The notes under the pieces: model-generated
The model's input: the letters and a program-made list of their open reading frames with translations, nothing else
Databases searched by the model: none
What the model was told of the DNA's origin: nothing
DNA from: Phycisphaerales bacterium
Lineage (GTDB): Bacteria > Planctomycetota > Phycisphaerae > Phycisphaerales > UBA1924
NCBI GenBank assembly: GCA_965228685.1
Contig: CBDDIA010000001.1
Coordinates: 549 to 64,548 of the forward strand
Direction of reading: 5' to 3'
DNA: 64,000 nucleotides
Translations under genes and position numbers: made by a program
Shown: piece by piece, positions 19,405 to 29,381 of the stretch
Layout: the number at the start of each line of letters is the position of its first letter
Numbering within the stretch: position 1 is the first letter of the stretch

Positions 19405-20874
19405 TCAGTGTGATGCAATTGCACGCCCGTACACCTTGACGCACTTCTCGGCTGCACCGTCCCAGTTCAGACCACGCAGTTCGAACCGCCCGTGCTCTCG
19501 CAGGGTCTGCCCGAGCGGCGGGTAGCGCAGCACCGCGACGATCTTGTTAGCCATCTCGTCCGTGTCCCAGAAATCGACCTTCAGCGCGTGGGTCAGGACC
19601 TCGGAAACGCCCGATTGCTTGGACACAATCACGGGGACATCGTTCCGCATCGCCTCGAGGGGGGCGATCCCGAAGGGCTCGGACACGCTGGGCATGACAT
19701 AGCAGTCCGCCATCTGGTACACGCGATCGACATCGCGCCCGCGCAGGAAACCGGTAAACAGGACCTTGTGCCCGATCCCGATCGACGCGGCGTGCTCGAT
19801 CATCCGCACCGCCATATCGCCCGAGCCCGCGACGACGAACTTGACCTTGTCGTCCTTCTCCAAGACCCGCTTTGCTGCTTGGATGAAGTACTCCGGGCCC
19901 TTCTGCATCGTGATGCGCCCAAGGAAGAGGACGATCTTCTCGTCCCGCTCGATCGCCGCCCCGCGCTGGGGCTGGGCCTCGTGCTGGGCGACGCCGTTGT
20001 ACACCACATCAATCTTTGAATCGGGCACGCCGTAGCGCGCGTGCACGATCGCCTTGGTCAGGCGCGAGACCGCGATCACGCGATCCGCGCCCTGCATCCC
20101 AGCGCGTTCGATGTCGTACACGCCCTGGTTGATATGCTCGCCCGAGCGATCGAACTCCGTCGCGTGGATATGACAGACCAGGGGCTTGCCCGTGAGTTGC
20201 TTGAGCAAGAGACCGGCCTGATAGGTCAGCCAATCGTGCGCGTGGATGACATCGAACTGCTCTGTCAACCCCAGCGCCGCAACGAGTCGTGCGTACCGCT
20301 CGGCGTCGCCGAAGAGATCGGACCCGTACCCACTCGAGCACGACCCGAGCCCCTCGATCGATTCGAGCACATCCTCAAACGCGTCCGCGATTTGTTCGGC
20401 GCTCGCGGTCCGCAGCGCCACCATCCCGCTCGGATCACGCAGCGACGCCCGCGCCTGGGACTGGATCGTCCGTGACTCCTGAATCTCATGGATCAGACGC
20501 GTCAGCGAGTTCCCCGCGTCCACCCCGGGGTACGAGCTCGGGTAGCTCGTCTCAAACTCCTCCACCCGGCGCGTGAGCAGCTCGATCAGCTCCGGGTCGT
20601 CCTGGCGCACGGGCTCGTCCGTGTGGTGCGGGGTCGAGACCGGGATCGGTTGCGGGCGGATGGTTCCTTGGCGCAGCGAGGACACCCGACGCGCCAAGGC
20701 CTTGGGCCCGACCAGCTCAACATGCGATTGGTGCCCCTCGGGGATCGCCTGAGGGAGGACAAAAACGATCTCATGACCCTTCTTGACGAGCGAGCGCGTA
20801 AGACCCTCGACCGCGGTCCCCAGACCGCCAGCCATAAAGGGGGGAAACTCCCATCCGAGCATGAGAATACGCAT
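19405..20874 (-). CDS. GT-B glycosyltransferase, glycogen/starch-synthase-like
   Basis: 489 aa. N-terminal MRILMLGWEFPPFMAGGLGTAVEGL. C-terminal GT1 motif (YVMPSVSEPFGIAPLEAM). A ~150-aa insertion lies between the two Rossmann halves. Confidence 0.7.
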   Translation of the reverse strand: MRILMLGWEFPPFMAGGLGTAVEGLTRSLVKKGHEIVFVLPQAIPEGHQSHVELVGPKALARRVSSLRQGTIRPQPIPVSTPHHTDEPVRQDDPELIELLTRRVEEFETSYPSSYPGVDAGNSLTRLIHEIQESRTIQSQARASLRDPSGMVALRTASAEQIADAFEDVLESIEGLGSCSSGYGSDLFGDAERYARLVAALGLTEQFDVIHAHDWLTYQAGLLLKQLTGKPLVCHIHATEFDRSGEHINQGVYDIERAGMQGADRVIAVSRLTKAIVHARYGVPDSKIDVVYNGVAQHEAQPQRGAAIERDEKIVLFLGRITMQKGPEYFIQAAKRVLEKDDKVKFVVAGSGDMAVRMIEHAASIGIGHKVLFTGFLRGRDVDRVYQMADCYVMPSVSEPFGIAPLEAMRNDVPVIVSKQSGVSEVLTHALKVDFWDTDEMANKIVAVLRYPPLGQTLREHGRFELRGLNWDGAAEKCVKVYGRAIASH

Positions 20875-20923
20875 GGTGCGTGCTGCCTTTTACTCGTGTT
20901 CAGGACGGGCCCATCCCGCCCGA

Positions 20924-21394
20924 TCAGTCCTCGTCGTCCTCGCTCATATCACCCAAGTCGCGGAATACTGTTTCGTATCCGAGCAACCAGATCAGGGCGT
21001 GCGCCGGCGCGTTCGGATCGCTCAACGGCGTCGAGAGCTTCGAGCGGAAGACATACACCTTTTCCGGCGATCGGAAGTGCTCGAACTCCACCACCGCGTT
21101 GTGGTGCCCCAGATCGATGATCTCTTCCTCGAGCAGCTCATCGAGCTTGTCGCCTGTCCCGACCAAGTCGCCCTCGATAGACCCGGAGAGCCACCGATCC
21201 TCGGTCTCCATCGCGACCCAGACCTCGCCCTCTTCAATGTAGACCCGATAAAAAGCAGGCTCCGCGGACCCATCGGCTTCGCACCGGACGCCGTCGGCAC
21301 CGACCTTGACATCCGCGAAGACATCCGCCTGTTGGGCGCCTGCGCGGACATGCTCGTACAACTTGTGTTTGGTATCTGCAGCGTCGATGCTCAT
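20924..21394 (-). CDS. Hypothetical acidic protein
   Basis: ORF 20924..21430, with likely start MSIDAADTK at 21394. Coherent composition with an acidic C-terminus (DLGDMSEDDED). I recognise no motif. Confidence 0.45.
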   Translation of the reverse strand: MSIDAADTKHKLYEHVRAGAQQADVFADVKVGADGVRCEADGSAEPAFYRVYIEEGEVWVAMETEDRWLSGSIEGDLVGTGDKLDELLEEEIIDLGHHNAVVEFEHFRSPEKVYVFRSKLSTPLSDPNAPAHALIWLLGYETVFRDLGDMSEDDED

Positions 21395-21595
21395 CGGGAC
21401 TGGTCCTTGATCTGAGTGGATCGATTGCACGCTCGGGGCGACCTGCCGCGCCCCGAACCGGCTTTCGTTGGATGATAGACGCGCCCAAGGGACACCGTGC
21501 CAAGTGGATCCGATAATCCAGACCCGAGCGCATCAATCGCGTGCTCGTTGGACTCGACAACTGTCAGCGGGGGTGTATACTTCCCCTCACAACTG

Positions 21596-21682
21596 GCCCA
21601 GGTGGCGGAATTGGTAGACGCGCCACCTTGAGGTGGTGGTTCTCATTATACGAGAGTGGAGGTTCGAGTCCTCTCCTGGGCA
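21596..21682 (+). tRNA. tRNA-Leu, anticodon GAG
   Basis: GCCCAGG acceptor pairs with CCTGGGC plus discriminator A. D-arm GCGGAATTGGTAGACGC. Anticodon stem CCACC/GGTGG with loop TTGAGGT. Long variable arm and T-loop GGTTCGAGTCC. CCA is not encoded. Confidence 0.9.
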
Positions 21683-21689
21683 TTGTTGG

Positions 21690-21718
21690 GCGACGCCGTT
21701 AGGCGTCGCTTTTTCTTT
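21690..21718 (+). terminator. Rho-independent terminator after tRNA-Leu
   Basis: GCGACGCC-GTTA-GGCGTCGC perfect 8-bp stem followed by TTTTTCTTT. Confidence 0.7.
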
Positions 21719-21853
21719 GCGCCCATTGGATTGCGTAAACACCGAGCCGCGATCTACGCCGCGCGATCGCAATTCCCCACGCTCGATCAAGAGGGGCATC
21801 AAAGCAACCGAAAACAGGATCATCCGCTCATCTTTTCCTCAGCGAGGTGCCCC

Positions 21854-22972
21854 TTGCGTGTATTAGTCATCGATGATTCCGCGTTCATGAGAAAGGTCAT
21901 CTCCGAGATGATCAACGCGGAGCGTGGTTTCGAGGTCATCGCGACCGCGCGTGACGGGGAGGACGGGGTCAAAAAGGCCCTCGAGCTCAAGCCCGACATC
22001 ATCACGCTCGACATCGAGATGCCCCGCAAAGACGGGCTCAGCGCGCTGCGTGAGATCAAGGTGAAGTGTCATGACTTCAACCCGATGGTCCTGATGTGCT
22101 CATCGTTGACGGTGGCGGGCTCCAACGAGACTTTCAAGGCACTCCGCATCGGTGCTGCGGATTTCATCGCAAAGGACCCGAGCCTGGTGGGTCAGCACGA
22201 CGCGGGGTTCCGCGCGGAGCTCATCGCGAAGCTCAACGCATTCAGCACCCATCGCACCAGCACCAAACCAACAAGCTCCAAGGCCCAGAGCGCACCCGCC
22301 GAGCAAGAGACCGAAAGCTCGAGCGCCGAGATCGATCTCGATCGCGTCAAAGCAATCGTCGTGGGTTCCTCCACCGGAGGTCCGCCTGTCCTCGAAGAAA
22401 TCTTCTCCGCGATCCCCAGGGACCTACGCGTCCCGATCATCGTTGCCCAGCACATGCCCGCCCTGTTCACACGCTCGCTCGCGACGCGACTGGACCAGCA
22501 CTGCGCCTGCAGTGCAATGATCGCCGAGCAGGGGTCCATCCTGAGCAACCCAGGCATCCACATCGCTCTGGGCGGCACCCACACACGCCCCCTGCGAGTC
22601 GCGGGCGGCAAGGTTGTCGCCCGACAGATCGACTCGATCGAAGGCGCGGCCTATCGCCCATCGGTCGACGAGCTCTTCTCCGCGAGCGCCGAGATCTGGG
22701 GTGAGCACCTGCTCGCGATCCAGCTCACCGGCATGGGGGCCGATGGCGCAAAGGGTGCAAAGAAGATCAAGGGCTCGGGCGGGCAGGTGATCGCCCAGCT
22801 CGGGAGTACCTGCGTTGTGAACGGGATGCCCAAGGCCGTCATCGATGCGGGCGCATCGCATGCCGTGATGCACCCCAAAGACATCAGGTTGCTCCTAAGC
22901 AAGTTCGGCATGACAGAGAGCAGGGCTATCGGAACCCACCCCCCTAGTTCTGAGCAACTTCGTCGAGCTTGA
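21854..22972 (+). CDS. cheB: Chemotaxis response regulator protein-glutamate methylesterase CheB
   Basis: Receiver domain (RVLVIDDSAFMRKVI, DIEMPRKDG) and methylesterase domain (VGSSTGGPPVL, AQHMPALFT, LTGMGADGAKG). The listed ORF start 21656 lies inside the tRNA. TTG 21854, preceded by GAGG, is the plausible start. Confidence 0.9.
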   Translation: MRVLVIDDSAFMRKVISEMINAERGFEVIATARDGEDGVKKALELKPDIITLDIEMPRKDGLSALREIKVKCHDFNPMVLMCSSLTVAGSNETFKALRIGAADFIAKDPSLVGQHDAGFRAELIAKLNAFSTHRTSTKPTSSKAQSAPAEQETESSSAEIDLDRVKAIVVGSSTGGPPVLEEIFSAIPRDLRVPIIVAQHMPALFTRSLATRLDQHCACSAMIAEQGSILSNPGIHIALGGTHTRPLRVAGGKVVARQIDSIEGAAYRPSVDELFSASAEIWGEHLLAIQLTGMGADGAKGAKKIKGSGGQVIAQLGSTCVVNGMPKAVIDAGASHAVMHPKDIRLLLSKFGMTESRAIGTHPPSSEQLRRA

Positions 22973-23058
22973 ACGCAATTCAGGACTTCCACTTCAATCT
23001 TCTCTCGATTTGAACGAGAACTGAGTTTCATGGGCCCACAACTCCAGGAACTGACACG

Positions 23059-23568
23059 ATGAAGACCCAACCGAAGCAACAAACACACAAGCTCACCGGG
23101 CAGGGGCCCCAGCAGCTCCAACTCGTCAGCTTCACCGTCGGCGATGAGCTCTTCGCGGTGGACATCCTCCGCGTACAAGAAATCAATCGCATGATGGATC
23201 TGACCAAGGTGCCCCAGAGTCCTCCGGGCGTCGAAGGCATCATCAATCTCCGCGGACGGATCATCCCGGTGCTCGATCTGCGCGTCCAGTTCGGATTCCC
23301 ACGGGCCGAGAAGAACGAGCACACCCGTATCATCGTGATCGAGATCATGGGCAACACGATCGGGTTCGTGGTTGACTCGGTCCGGGAAGTGATGCGGATC
23401 GCGTCGAACATCGTCGAGCCATCACCCCGGATGGGTTCTCCGATCGACGCGAGCTATGTCTCAGGCGTTGCCAAGCTTGACGGCCAGCTCCTCATCCTGC
23501 TTGAGCTCGAGAACCTGCTCAGCCGTGAGTCCCTTCACAACATCACCACTATGAAGGCCGCGGCCTGA
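23059..23568 (+). CDS. cheW: Chemotaxis coupling protein CheW
   Basis: 169 aa. LVSFTVGDELFAVDILRVQEI...PGVEGIINLRGRIIPVLDLR...IGFVVDSVREV. Confidence 0.9.
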   Translation: MKTQPKQQTHKLTGQGPQQLQLVSFTVGDELFAVDILRVQEINRMMDLTKVPQSPPGVEGIINLRGRIIPVLDLRVQFGFPRAEKNEHTRIIVIEIMGNTIGFVVDSVREVMRIASNIVEPSPRMGSPIDASYVSGVAKLDGQLLILLELENLLSRESLHNITTMKAAA

Positions 23569-23598
23569 TCTGGGCTTGACCTCGAGCGGAGAAACTCC

Positions 23599-24471
23599 AT
23601 GTCTGCATTATCCTCTAGAATCTCAATGACCCAGGACCAGTTCACGAAGATGGCCAAGATCATCTACGACCGCTCTGGCATCCACTTCCCTGACAACAAG
23701 AAGTATGTGATCGAGTCTCGTCTCTCACACCGCTTGAGCGAGCTCGAGCTCGAGGACTTTGATCAGTACATCGCGTACCTGACCATGGGACCGTACCAGA
23801 TGGACGAGTTCCAGGAGATGTTCAACAGGATCACCATCAACGAGACGAGCTTCTTCCGCAACGAGGCCCAGCTCGATGTCTTCGAGAAAGTCATCCTGCC
23901 CGAGCTCCTCGAAACTCGACGCAATAAGCGTCTGCGGATCTGGTCCGCGGCTTGCTCGAGCGGCGAAGAACCATTCACCCTCGCGATGCTGATCCATCGC
24001 TCGCTCGGTGTTCGCCTCTCAGACTGGCACATCGAGATCCTCGGCACCGATATCTCCGAGAAGGCACTCGGGATCGCCCAGAGCGGTGTCTACTCCAACT
24101 ACGCCGTACGCACCACGCCCAAGCTCATGCTCGACCGGTACTTCAAGGTCGACGGGCGCAACTACATTCTCAATGAAGATATCCGCTCGATGGTCTCCTT
24201 CGAGCGCCACAATCTCAAGGACACGATGGCTGCGAAACGCCACGGGACCTGGGATGTGATCTTCTGCCGCAATGTGCTGATCTACTTCGATGACGCGATG
24301 AAGAAGGGCGTCATCTCCATGTTCGACAATCAACTCGCGAAAGACGGAACCCTGTTCATCGGGCACTCCGAACGCATCTCATCACTCACCAACAAGTTCA
24401 CGCAGCTCGATATCCCGCAGGGGTTCTGCTATCAGAAGTGCGAGTTCGTCAACTCAAAGACCGGGAGCTAA
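23599..24471 (+). CDS. cheR: Chemotaxis protein methyltransferase CheR
   Basis: 290 aa. ETSFFRN, IWSAACSSGEEPFTLAMLI, FCRNVLIYFD. Confidence 0.9.
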   Translation: MSALSSRISMTQDQFTKMAKIIYDRSGIHFPDNKKYVIESRLSHRLSELELEDFDQYIAYLTMGPYQMDEFQEMFNRITINETSFFRNEAQLDVFEKVILPELLETRRNKRLRIWSAACSSGEEPFTLAMLIHRSLGVRLSDWHIEILGTDISEKALGIAQSGVYSNYAVRTTPKLMLDRYFKVDGRNYILNEDIRSMVSFERHNLKDTMAAKRHGTWDVIFCRNVLIYFDDAMKKGVISMFDNQLAKDGTLFIGHSERISSLTNKFTQLDIPQGFCYQKCEFVNSKTGS

Positions 24472-24474
24472 ACC

Positions 24475-26784
24475 ATGTCCATCAACGACTTCGATCCCGA
24501 TATTTTGCAAGACTTTCTCACCGAGTCCGGCGAGCTTCTCGAAGAGCTCGAGAGCGATCTCGTTGACCTGGAAGCCACCCCGCAAGACCCGGAGCTTCTC
24601 AACCAGATCTTCCGCGCACTCCACACGATCAAAGGCAGCGCCTCCTTCCTCGCGCTGACCAATCTGGTCGCGATCGCGCACTGCTCCGAGAGCGCGCTCA
24701 ATGTGGCACGCAACGGGGACCTCGTCATCGGGAAGACCGAGATGGACCTGCTGCTCGCAGCCGTCGATGTCCTCAAAATCCAGTTCGAGGAGCTCAGCGC
24801 GGGCAACACCGACCTGACCGCTGCGGACCCCACCCTGATCGAGAAGCTCACCGTCCTCGGCGAGGGTGGGACAGTCTCCGGTAACACGGACGATCAATCC
24901 ACCCCGATCAGCCAGGCGGTCAGCGCCGAACCCATCATCGCCAGCGATGGGAGCACGCGCCAGCAGATCTCGCTGGACGCAGGAAAGCTCGATCTCATCG
25001 AGCACATGGCCAGCGATATCAAGAACACACTCGAGCAGGCGTCCGCGCGCCTCGGTGACCTGAACAACCAGGATACCCGCTCATCAGCGAACGCAAACCT
25101 TGAAGAGCTCTTCGAGGATGTCGTGAAGACCATCGATTTCTTCGAGATCGAACCCGTGATGAAGATCGCGACCACGCTCGATCAATCTATCGATCACCTC
25201 GCCCAGTTGAGCGATCCACAGATCGCCCAGCTCACCCCACGACTGATGGCACTATGTGTCCTGCTCAACGAGCAGACCGAGCAACTCACGAATCAGGTCC
25301 TCGTGACCTGGCCGACAGACGCGCTCTTTGAACAGATCCAGCGTCTCTGCGACGGCGAGGACCTGGGTGATGCGGACCTTCCCAAGAACGCCGATGCCTA
25401 CGACGCGCTGATGGCGTGCGGGATCTCGTTCGGATCGGACGATGCATCAACCGAATCGATTGGGACCATGCCCGATGCCCTCGTTGAGGACAAGCCCGCA
25501 CTATCCAGCGCACCCGTGTTGTCCGCCCAGGACAATACCGGCCAGGCGTCTCGTAGTAAGGGCGCCCCTGCCGCGATCGAGCAGACGATCCGTGTAGAGG
25601 TATCGCGACTCGAATCTCTGATGAATCTCGTCGGCGAGCTCGTACTCCAGAAGAACCGCATCGGTGCAATGGCAGAAGATGTCGCACGATCCATGATCGA
25701 GCCCGATCTCGTTGAGCAGATGGAAGTCACCGCGAGCACCCTCGATCGGGTCACCGGTGACATTCAGCTCGCGGTCATGCGGACCCGGATGCAGCCCCTC
25801 GACAAGCTCTTCGGGAAGTACCCACGCCTCATCCGCGACTTGGCCACCAAAACCGGCAAGCAGATCAACCTTGAGATCGTCGGTGGCGACACCGAAGTAG
25901 ACAAGTCCGTCATTGAAGAGCTCGGCGACCCCCTCGTCCACCTGCTCCGCAACAGCGCGGACCACGGTGTTGAAATGCCCGATGTCCGCTCAGCTGCGGG
26001 CAAGGACCAAACCGGCACAATCAGACTCGTCGCCGGGCACGAGGGATCGCATGTCTGCGTGCAGATCATCGACGACGGCAAGGGTCTCGATCGCGCCGTG
26101 ATTGGCGCCAAGGCCGTCGAACGAGGGCTCGTTTCCGAAGAACAGCTCTCGGCACTCCCTGACGAGGATGTCTTCCGGTTTATCCTCGAACCCGGGTTCT
26201 CGACCGCCGAAGCGGTCTCGGACCTCTCGGGTCGTGGCGTCGGGATGGATGTCGTCCGCACCAACATCGAGTCCAAGCTCAAGGGCGGGATCACGATCGA
26301 GTCCAAGAAGGGGCACGGGACCACGATCAACATCACGATCCCGCTGACTGTCGCGATCATGCCCGCGATGATGGTTGCGGTCTCCGACGAGGTCTTTGCG
26401 ATCCCGCTGACGAACATCACCGAGATCGTGAACCCCACCCCGGACATGCTCTCCAAGCTCGGCGACGAGCCCGTGATCCATCTCCGCGGGTCGGTATACC
26501 CCCTTATCAGCTCGCAGGATGTCTTCGATGTCCCCGAGCACGCCCGTCAGAATGAGCCCTTCGTGGTCGTCATCGGGTTCAACCAGAAAATCATCGGGCT
26601 GCGGGTCACACGCGTGATCGGGCAGCAGGAAATCGTGATCAAGCCCCTCGATGGGGTCAAACGAGACGGACCGATCTCAGGCGCGACGGTCCGCAACGAC
26701 GGCGGCGTCAGTCTCATCATGGACATCGCCGAGCTCATGCGTGTCTCTCGGAACCACCGCGCCGCTGTCGCTGCACACGCCTAA
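24475..26784 (+). CDS. cheA: Chemotaxis histidine kinase CheA
   Basis: 769 aa. HPt FRALHTIKGSASFL, N-box HLLRNSADHG, G1 IDDGKGLD, G2 SGRGVGMDVV, and a C-terminal CheW-like domain (FAIPLTNITEIV...GLRVTRVIGQQEIVIKPL). Confidence 0.95.
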   Translation: MSINDFDPDILQDFLTESGELLEELESDLVDLEATPQDPELLNQIFRALHTIKGSASFLALTNLVAIAHCSESALNVARNGDLVIGKTEMDLLLAAVDVLKIQFEELSAGNTDLTAADPTLIEKLTVLGEGGTVSGNTDDQSTPISQAVSAEPIIASDGSTRQQISLDAGKLDLIEHMASDIKNTLEQASARLGDLNNQDTRSSANANLEELFEDVVKTIDFFEIEPVMKIATTLDQSIDHLAQLSDPQIAQLTPRLMALCVLLNEQTEQLTNQVLVTWPTDALFEQIQRLCDGEDLGDADLPKNADAYDALMACGISFGSDDASTESIGTMPDALVEDKPALSSAPVLSAQDNTGQASRSKGAPAAIEQTIRVEVSRLESLMNLVGELVLQKNRIGAMAEDVARSMIEPDLVEQMEVTASTLDRVTGDIQLAVMRTRMQPLDKLFGKYPRLIRDLATKTGKQINLEIVGGDTEVDKSVIEELGDPLVHLLRNSADHGVEMPDVRSAAGKDQTGTIRLVAGHEGSHVCVQIIDDGKGLDRAVIGAKAVERGLVSEEQLSALPDEDVFRFILEPGFSTAEAVSDLSGRGVGMDVVRTNIESKLKGGITIESKKGHGTTINITIPLTVAIMPAMMVAVSDEVFAIPLTNITEIVNPTPDMLSKLGDEPVIHLRGSVYPLISSQDVFDVPEHARQNEPFVVVIGFNQKIIGLRVTRVIGQQEIVIKPLDGVKRDGPISGATVRNDGGVSLIMDIAELMRVSRNHRAAVAAHA

Positions 26785-26814
26785 CCAAACGGATTGACCT
26801 CAAGGAGCCAACAC

Positions 26815-27309
26815 ATGGACGCGAGTTACATCACCCCATTCATGACATCGATCCAGAATGTCTTCTCGACGATGTTCCAACTCCCCGTTGAGATCGGGGA
26901 ACCGAGCATCAAAACCGAGAACACCGCAACCCACGATGTCTCAGGCATCATCGGTGTCTCGGGCGAGATGGTCGGCACCATCGTCCTGAGCATGCCCAAG
27001 GATGCCGCGATGTCGATCGTCACTCTCTTCACAGGAATGGAGATGGAAGAAGGAGGCGAGGACTTTGCTGACGCTGTCGGCGAGCTCGTCAACATGATCT
27101 CCGGGAACGCCAAAGCTGAGTTCCAGCGCAAGGGCGTCTCGATCTCATGCCCCTCTGTTGTCATCGGCGCGAATCATCGTGTCTCGACCCCGTCGGGCAC
27201 CGCCTGCGTCAAGATCCCGTGCAACACCGACTGCGGCGAGGTGGTCCTCGAGATCGCCATCCGCGAAGCCGCTGCGGAATCGAACCAGCCCCAGACCAAC
27301 GCTGCCTGA
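26815..27309 (+). CDS. cheX: CheX/CheC-family chemotaxis phosphatase-like protein
   Basis: ATG 26815 is preceded by AAGGAG. FMTSIQNVFSTMFQL, DVSGIIGVSGEMVGTIVLSM, ADAVGELVNMISGNAKAEF. Confidence 0.7.
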   Translation: MDASYITPFMTSIQNVFSTMFQLPVEIGEPSIKTENTATHDVSGIIGVSGEMVGTIVLSMPKDAAMSIVTLFTGMEMEEGGEDFADAVGELVNMISGNAKAEFQRKGVSISCPSVVIGANHRVSTPSGTACVKIPCNTDCGEVVLEIAIREAAAESNQPQTNAA

Positions 27310-27343
27310 GCACCACAGCAGAGATACTTAAGAGGAACAAACA

Positions 27344-27718
27344 ATGAGAATCCTACTGATCGACGATTCGAAGACCATGCGAAACATTCAGAAGTCGGTG
27401 CTCAAGCAGCTCGGCTACACCGAAATCGAAGAGGCATGCGACGGGCAGGACGCCCTAAGCAAGATCGGTGCCTTCAAGCCCGAGCTCTGCCTGGTTGACT
27501 GGAACATGCCCAACATGGACGGGCTGACCTTCGTCAAGACCTTCCGCCAGAACGACAAGAGCACCCCACTCATCATGGTCACCACAGAAGCGGAAAAGGC
27601 TCGCGTCATCGAGGCGATCAAGGCCGGCGTCAACAACTATGTTGTCAAGCCCTTCACCCCTGATCTGCTCAGCGAACGCATCACCGAGACACTCGCGAAG
27701 TGCGGCGTCAAGGCCTGA
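27344..27718 (+). CDS. cheY: Chemotaxis response regulator CheY
   Basis: 124 aa. ILLIDDSKTMR, VDWNMPNMDG, MVTTEA, YVVKPF. Confidence 0.9.
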   Translation: MRILLIDDSKTMRNIQKSVLKQLGYTEIEEACDGQDALSKIGAFKPELCLVDWNMPNMDGLTFVKTFRQNDKSTPLIMVTTEAEKARVIEAIKAGVNNYVVKPFTPDLLSERITETLAKCGVKA

Positions 27719-27753
27719 CCTGACCCTGCACGCTCCTGTCGCGTCACAATCCG

Positions 27754-27797
27754 CGCACGCCCGCAGCACCCGCTGCGGGCGTGCGTTCTTCTATCTT
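27754..27797 (+). terminator. Rho-independent terminator closing the che operon
   Basis: CGCACGCCCGCAGC-ACCC-GCTGCGGGCGTGCG (14-bp stem) followed by the T-rich tract TTCTTCTATCTT. Confidence 0.75.
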
Positions 27798-27840
27798 ATG
27801 GAACCGGATCACCACCCTGGCGGTATACTCCTACGCGCCC

Positions 27841-29202
27841 ATGCCTGCCCGATCCCACCACCACGATCCGATCGCGAGACCCCTTCTCTCGCTCTCACTG
27901 CGCCTGCTCGCAGGCTCATCTATCGTCGCGGGTGCCGGGGCGATGCTGCTCACAAGCGCCAAGATCCCGCAACGCGACACCGCGGCGCGGATCATCACCG
28001 TCGCCTGGGCGGGAGATACTGAACCCGAGGACGAGGGGATTCGCGAGTGTGTCATCACCCTCCGATCTGGGCGGACAATCACTGGCGAGCTCGTTTCTGA
28101 GAACGACCGCGAAGTTGTCATCGGTATCAACGGGATCGAAACGACCTTCCAGCGCAAAAATGTCGCAAACATCGTGATCCTGCCCCCGATCGCCGAGCGA
28201 TACGCCCAGCTCCGCGCAACCATCGCGGACGATGATGTGGACTCTCGCCTTGCCCTGGTTGAGTGGCTCCGTGCCCGGCGTGCCTATTCGATCGCGCTCA
28301 AAGAGCTTTCCTCGATCCTCATCATCGATCCCCATAACCCGCACGCCAAGTTGCTGCACACCTGGCTCAGTGAGCACGAAAAGCTCGCCGAGAGTTCCGG
28401 GGAGGATGAGGACGATCCAACGACCCCAACGCAAACAAACACAGAGTCCTCGCCCACCGACCCAGAGCGAGCGTACAGCATCGAACGCAATGTGCTCCCC
28501 CACCTGAGCGTAGAGCAGCTCAACCTGCTCCGGGTGTACGAGATCGATCTCCGCGATCCGCCCAAGCTCAGGGTCCCCGACGAGACGATCCTGAAGCTCA
28601 TGCGAGAGAACCCCGACAAGTTCTCGCCCGACGAATCCCAGCGCAACGCCGTGCTCGATCTCCCGGAAGTGGATAAGCTCCGCCTCCTCTTTACACATCG
28701 CGCCCGCGACCTGTACCAAGAGGTGCAGGTCCTCGAAAACCCCCGATCGCTCGAGCTCTTCAAAGACCAGGTCCACACGGGACGCGGGTGGCTGATCAAC
28801 GCGTGCGCTTCAACCCGATGCCACGGCGGGGTCGATGCCGGTTCCTTCCGCCTCATCAACACCAAACCCAACACGGACGAGACCGCGTTCACCAACCTCT
28901 ACATCATCGAGCAGACCAAGCTCGCCGACGGACGCCCTTTGATCGATTTCGAATACCCCGATCGATCGCCGCTGCTGCAGATGGGGATGATCCAGGGCAA
29001 GGCGCTCATCCCCCACCCCGAGATCCCGCAGGGGTACCCCGGGCTCGGGTTCCGCCCGATCTTCCGCGATACCAAGGATCGCAAGTACCAGCAGGCCGTG
29101 GAGTGGATCCGCTCGATGTACCAGCCGAGACCCGAACTCGGGTTCGATTACCCGCTCAACCCTGCCCCGACCCCTCCGAAACCCGATCAGTCCGACCCCT
29201 GA
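27841..29202 (+). CDS. Hypothetical secreted/membrane-anchored protein
   Basis: ORF 27781..29202. The GTG at 27781 lies in the terminator stem, so ATG 27841 (MPARSHHH...) is preferred. Hydrophobic N-terminal segment LLAGSSIVAGAGAMLL. Contains NACASTRCHGG (C-x4-CH). I recognise no family. Confidence 0.5.
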   Translation: MPARSHHHDPIARPLLSLSLRLLAGSSIVAGAGAMLLTSAKIPQRDTAARIITVAWAGDTEPEDEGIRECVITLRSGRTITGELVSENDREVVIGINGIETTFQRKNVANIVILPPIAERYAQLRATIADDDVDSRLALVEWLRARRAYSIALKELSSILIIDPHNPHAKLLHTWLSEHEKLAESSGEDEDDPTTPTQTNTESSPTDPERAYSIERNVLPHLSVEQLNLLRVYEIDLRDPPKLRVPDETILKLMRENPDKFSPDESQRNAVLDLPEVDKLRLLFTHRARDLYQEVQVLENPRSLELFKDQVHTGRGWLINACASTRCHGGVDAGSFRLINTKPNTDETAFTNLYIIEQTKLADGRPLIDFEYPDRSPLLQMGMIQGKALIPHPEIPQGYPGLGFRPIFRDTKDRKYQQAVEWIRSMYQPRPELGFDYPLNPAPTPPKPDQSDP

Positions 29203-29381
29203 CTCGCCCCCCATCAACAACAATCGGGCGACGATCGCTCGGATGTGCTACCATTACACCCCCATCCCACGAGCGATCCGCCCTGTTTCGGAACCGCGAC
29301 TGGATGTTTGGAGTATGGACTATCCCCGGCGCGGTCTTTGCGTCCGGGTTGGACACAACCGTCTCGAAGGACACGAAGCGC

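Noticed and set aside
21656-21853. Upstream part of the cheB ORF
   Set aside because: It begins inside tRNA-Leu and reads through its terminator. The receiver domain starts at about 21854.
28788-29381. 198-codon N-terminal extension of the coiled-coil lipoprotein ORF
   Set aside because: It overlaps the 3' part of the preceding gene in another frame and is Arg/Pro-rich. The internal ATG 29382 yields a clean signal peptide and lipobox.
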